This document shows, piece by piece, positions 62,471 through 64,000 of a DNA stretch of 64,000 bases. This DNA comes from a virus (taxonomy: Duplodnaviria; Caudoviricetes). The stretch's first letter is position 1; every line of letters starts with the position of its first letter. The notes below the pieces were generated by a model. The model ran no database searches. It was not told the DNA's origin and saw only the letters and a list, made by a program, of their open reading frames with translations. The stretch covers positions 3,360-67,359 of IMG/VR virus record IMGVR_UViG_3300049823_000342; one strand, given 5' to 3'. The position numbers were made by a program, and so were the translations under genes.

Positions 62471-63691
62471 CTACGCCGGCATGAGCATATCCGCCCAAGC
62501 CTGCGCCAGCTCGCGCCTGCGGGGAAGGTAGGCGGCGCGATTGTAGGATGCCTCGACGCCCTCCTTGATGTGCGCCAACATCAATTCGATGATTTCGCGA
62601 TCGCGTTCGCGATCTTCGATCGCCGCCAACTCGTTCATGATTGTCGAAAAGGTCGCGCGCCAACCGTGCGGGACGTGCAGGTCCCTGTAACCGGCGTCGC
62701 GGTAGTGCTTGCTGAGCGTCGAATCGCTGATGGGCTGGTGCCCGCCGCCATAGCCCGGGAACAGCCACCGCCGCCGAGGATTGCCCGACAGCGCCGCTTT
62801 CACGACTGCGACGGCTTGGCGCGACAGGGGAATGACGAACTCGAAGGTCAGATCTTCCTTGCGCTCGCGCGTCAGCTTCATTTTCTTGGCCGGGATGCGC
62901 CAGATCGGGTTCTCGCCGTCGAGATCCTCGAACTCGTGCGGCTCGGCCAGACGCACCACTCCCGGGCGCGCAGCCGTCAACGCAAGCAGCTGCGACGCCA
63001 GTCGCGTATAACGCCAGGTCGCCAACGCCTCGCTCGCCTCGAGCAGCGCGCGGGCGTCCTCGATCCGCCGCAAGGCCGGACGCAGCTGCTTCGACCGCGG
63101 TACCAGCGCCTTGCGAATGATCGCCGCAGGATCGGTGTCCGCGAGGCCGGACGCGATCGCCCAGACGAAGATGTCCGAAACGTGCAGCCGCACGCGGTGC
63201 GCCATTTCCTTCGCGCCGCGATCCTCGATCTTGCGAATCGCCGCCAGCACCATCGACGCCGTTACGTCGCGCATGCCGACCGTCCCGAACTGGGGGAAGA
63301 TGTCCGCTTCGAGCCGATCGAGGATCTGCCTCGCGTAGCGCGGCGCCAGGGTCGTTGACCGTACCGCATGCCATGCCCGCGCCGTTGCCTCGAAATTGTG
63401 AAGCGCCGCCTCGTGCGCCTTCGCTTTCGCCTGCTTTCGCGCAACTGTGGGGTCGATGCCCTGCGCCACCTGCGCCCTCGCGCCATCGCGCAGCACACGC
63501 GCCTGCGCCAGCGAGATCGCGGGGTAGAGCCCGATCGCCAGCTGCTTCTCCTTGCCGCCAAAACGGAACTTCCACCGCCACGATTTCGTGCCGGTGGGCT
63601 TGATCAGAAGAAACAAACTGCCGCCGTCGGAGAGCTTCCAGTCGCGATCGCGCGGAAGCGCCTTGCGGCATGCTACATCGGTCAGTGCCAT
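62471..63691 (-). CDS. P4-family tyrosine integrase 1, adjacent to tRNA-Asn
   Basis: KLSDGGSLFLLIKPTG.KSWR; LTAARPG, HGWRATFS, LAH, ASYNRA.Y. Confidence 0.95.
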   Translation of the reverse strand: MALTDVACRKALPRDRDWKLSDGGSLFLLIKPTGTKSWRWKFRFGGKEKQLAIGLYPAISLAQARVLRDGARAQVAQGIDPTVARKQAKAKAHEAALHNFEATARAWHAVRSTTLAPRYARQILDRLEADIFPQFGTVGMRDVTASMVLAAIRKIEDRGAKEMAHRVRLHVSDIFVWAIASGLADTDPAAIIRKALVPRSKQLRPALRRIEDARALLEASEALATWRYTRLASQLLALTAARPGVVRLAEPHEFEDLDGENPIWRIPAKKMKLTRERKEDLTFEFVIPLSRQAVAVVKAALSGNPRRRWLFPGYGGGHQPISDSTLSKHYRDAGYRDLHVPHGWRATFSTIMNELAAIEDRERDREIIELMLAHIKEGVEASYNRAAYLPRRRELAQAWADMLMPA

Positions 63692-63705
63692 GGGCGCCCG
63701 ATTCC

Positions 63706-63760
63706 GATACCCCCACTAATACACCCTGGATACCCCATAGTGCCCCCGCTGGTGCCCCCA
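63706..63760 (-). repeat. Five arm-type repeats upstream of integrase 1
   Basis: Plus strand: GATACCCCCA, AATACACCCT, GATACCCCAT, GTGCCCCCG, GTGCCCCCA at 11-12-bp spacing. Confidence 0.8.
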
Positions 63761-63873
63761 CTATCGGGGGGATTGGCTGAAACCGGACGAAACCGGTTGA
63801 AACAGCCTTTTCACCCTGGACCGCAGAAACGCAAGCGTTTCGGGCTCCGTTGAAACAGGTTGAAACTGGAATG

Positions 63874-63948
63874 TGGCTCCCCGGGTAGGATTCGAACCTA
63901 CGACCGATCGATTAACAGTCGATTGCTCTACCGCTGAGCTACCGAGGA
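63874..63948 (-). tRNA. tRNA-Asn (GTT), integration target
   Basis: TCCTCGG...GCTC-AGCGGTA-GAGC...ATCGA-CT-GTT-AA-TCGAT...GTAGG-TTCGAAT-CCTAC-CCGGGGA-G-CCA cloverleaf. Confidence 0.97.
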
Positions 63949-64000
63949 ACACGCCGCCGAAGCGGGAAGGCGGACCCTTTGCCGCCGGTCGCGGGATTAA

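Larger units (their letters stand above)
36204..63873 (+). mobile_element. HK97/lambda-like cos prophage with two integrases, adjacent to tRNA-Asn; may continue left of the Mu insertion
   Basis: Complete second set of terminase, portal, protease, MCP, tail and lysis genes; P4-type integrase next to the tRNA 3' end. Confidence 0.85.

Noticed and set aside
61639-62484. 281-aa plus-strand ORF between the integrases
   Set aside because: Antisense to the rep gene, which has an RBS and a recognisable HTH.

Overview
GC-rich alphaproteobacterial chromosome segment (Sphingomonadaceae-like, by inference) made almost entirely of two adjacent, probably nested prophages, ending at a minus-strand tRNA-Asn(GTT). 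(1) From base 1 to about 36.2 kb: a Mu-like transposable prophage. It carries repressor/Ner, a ParB-like gene, MuA DDE transposase, MuB ATPase, GemA, a Mor/C activator, lysis genes and a Mu gp27/gp28-type terminase, but builds an HK97-type head (portal fused to a gpF/gp7-like domain) and a siphovirus tail. Its left end lies outside the window. (2) From about 36.2 to 63.9 kb: an HK97/lambda-like cos-type prophage with a LexA-like HTH, Gam, HNH, terminase, head, tail, SAR endolysin, Rz/Rz1 and a Dam-like methylase, followed by two convergent P4-type integrases around a plasmid-type rep next to the tRNA. The most striking unexplained signal is a set of four 29-bp palindromes. Three are in tandem inside the ParB-like gene, with compensatory inner-stem changes, and one lies upstream of an SOS-box-controlled gene. 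Other notable items are an Acb2/Tad1-like hairpin ORF in an accessory cassette, a tail-fibre module shared by the two prophages, the dual integrases with mirrored arm repeats, three LexA boxes and clamp-binding-like motifs. All product calls come from motif recognition by eye; no database searches were run.
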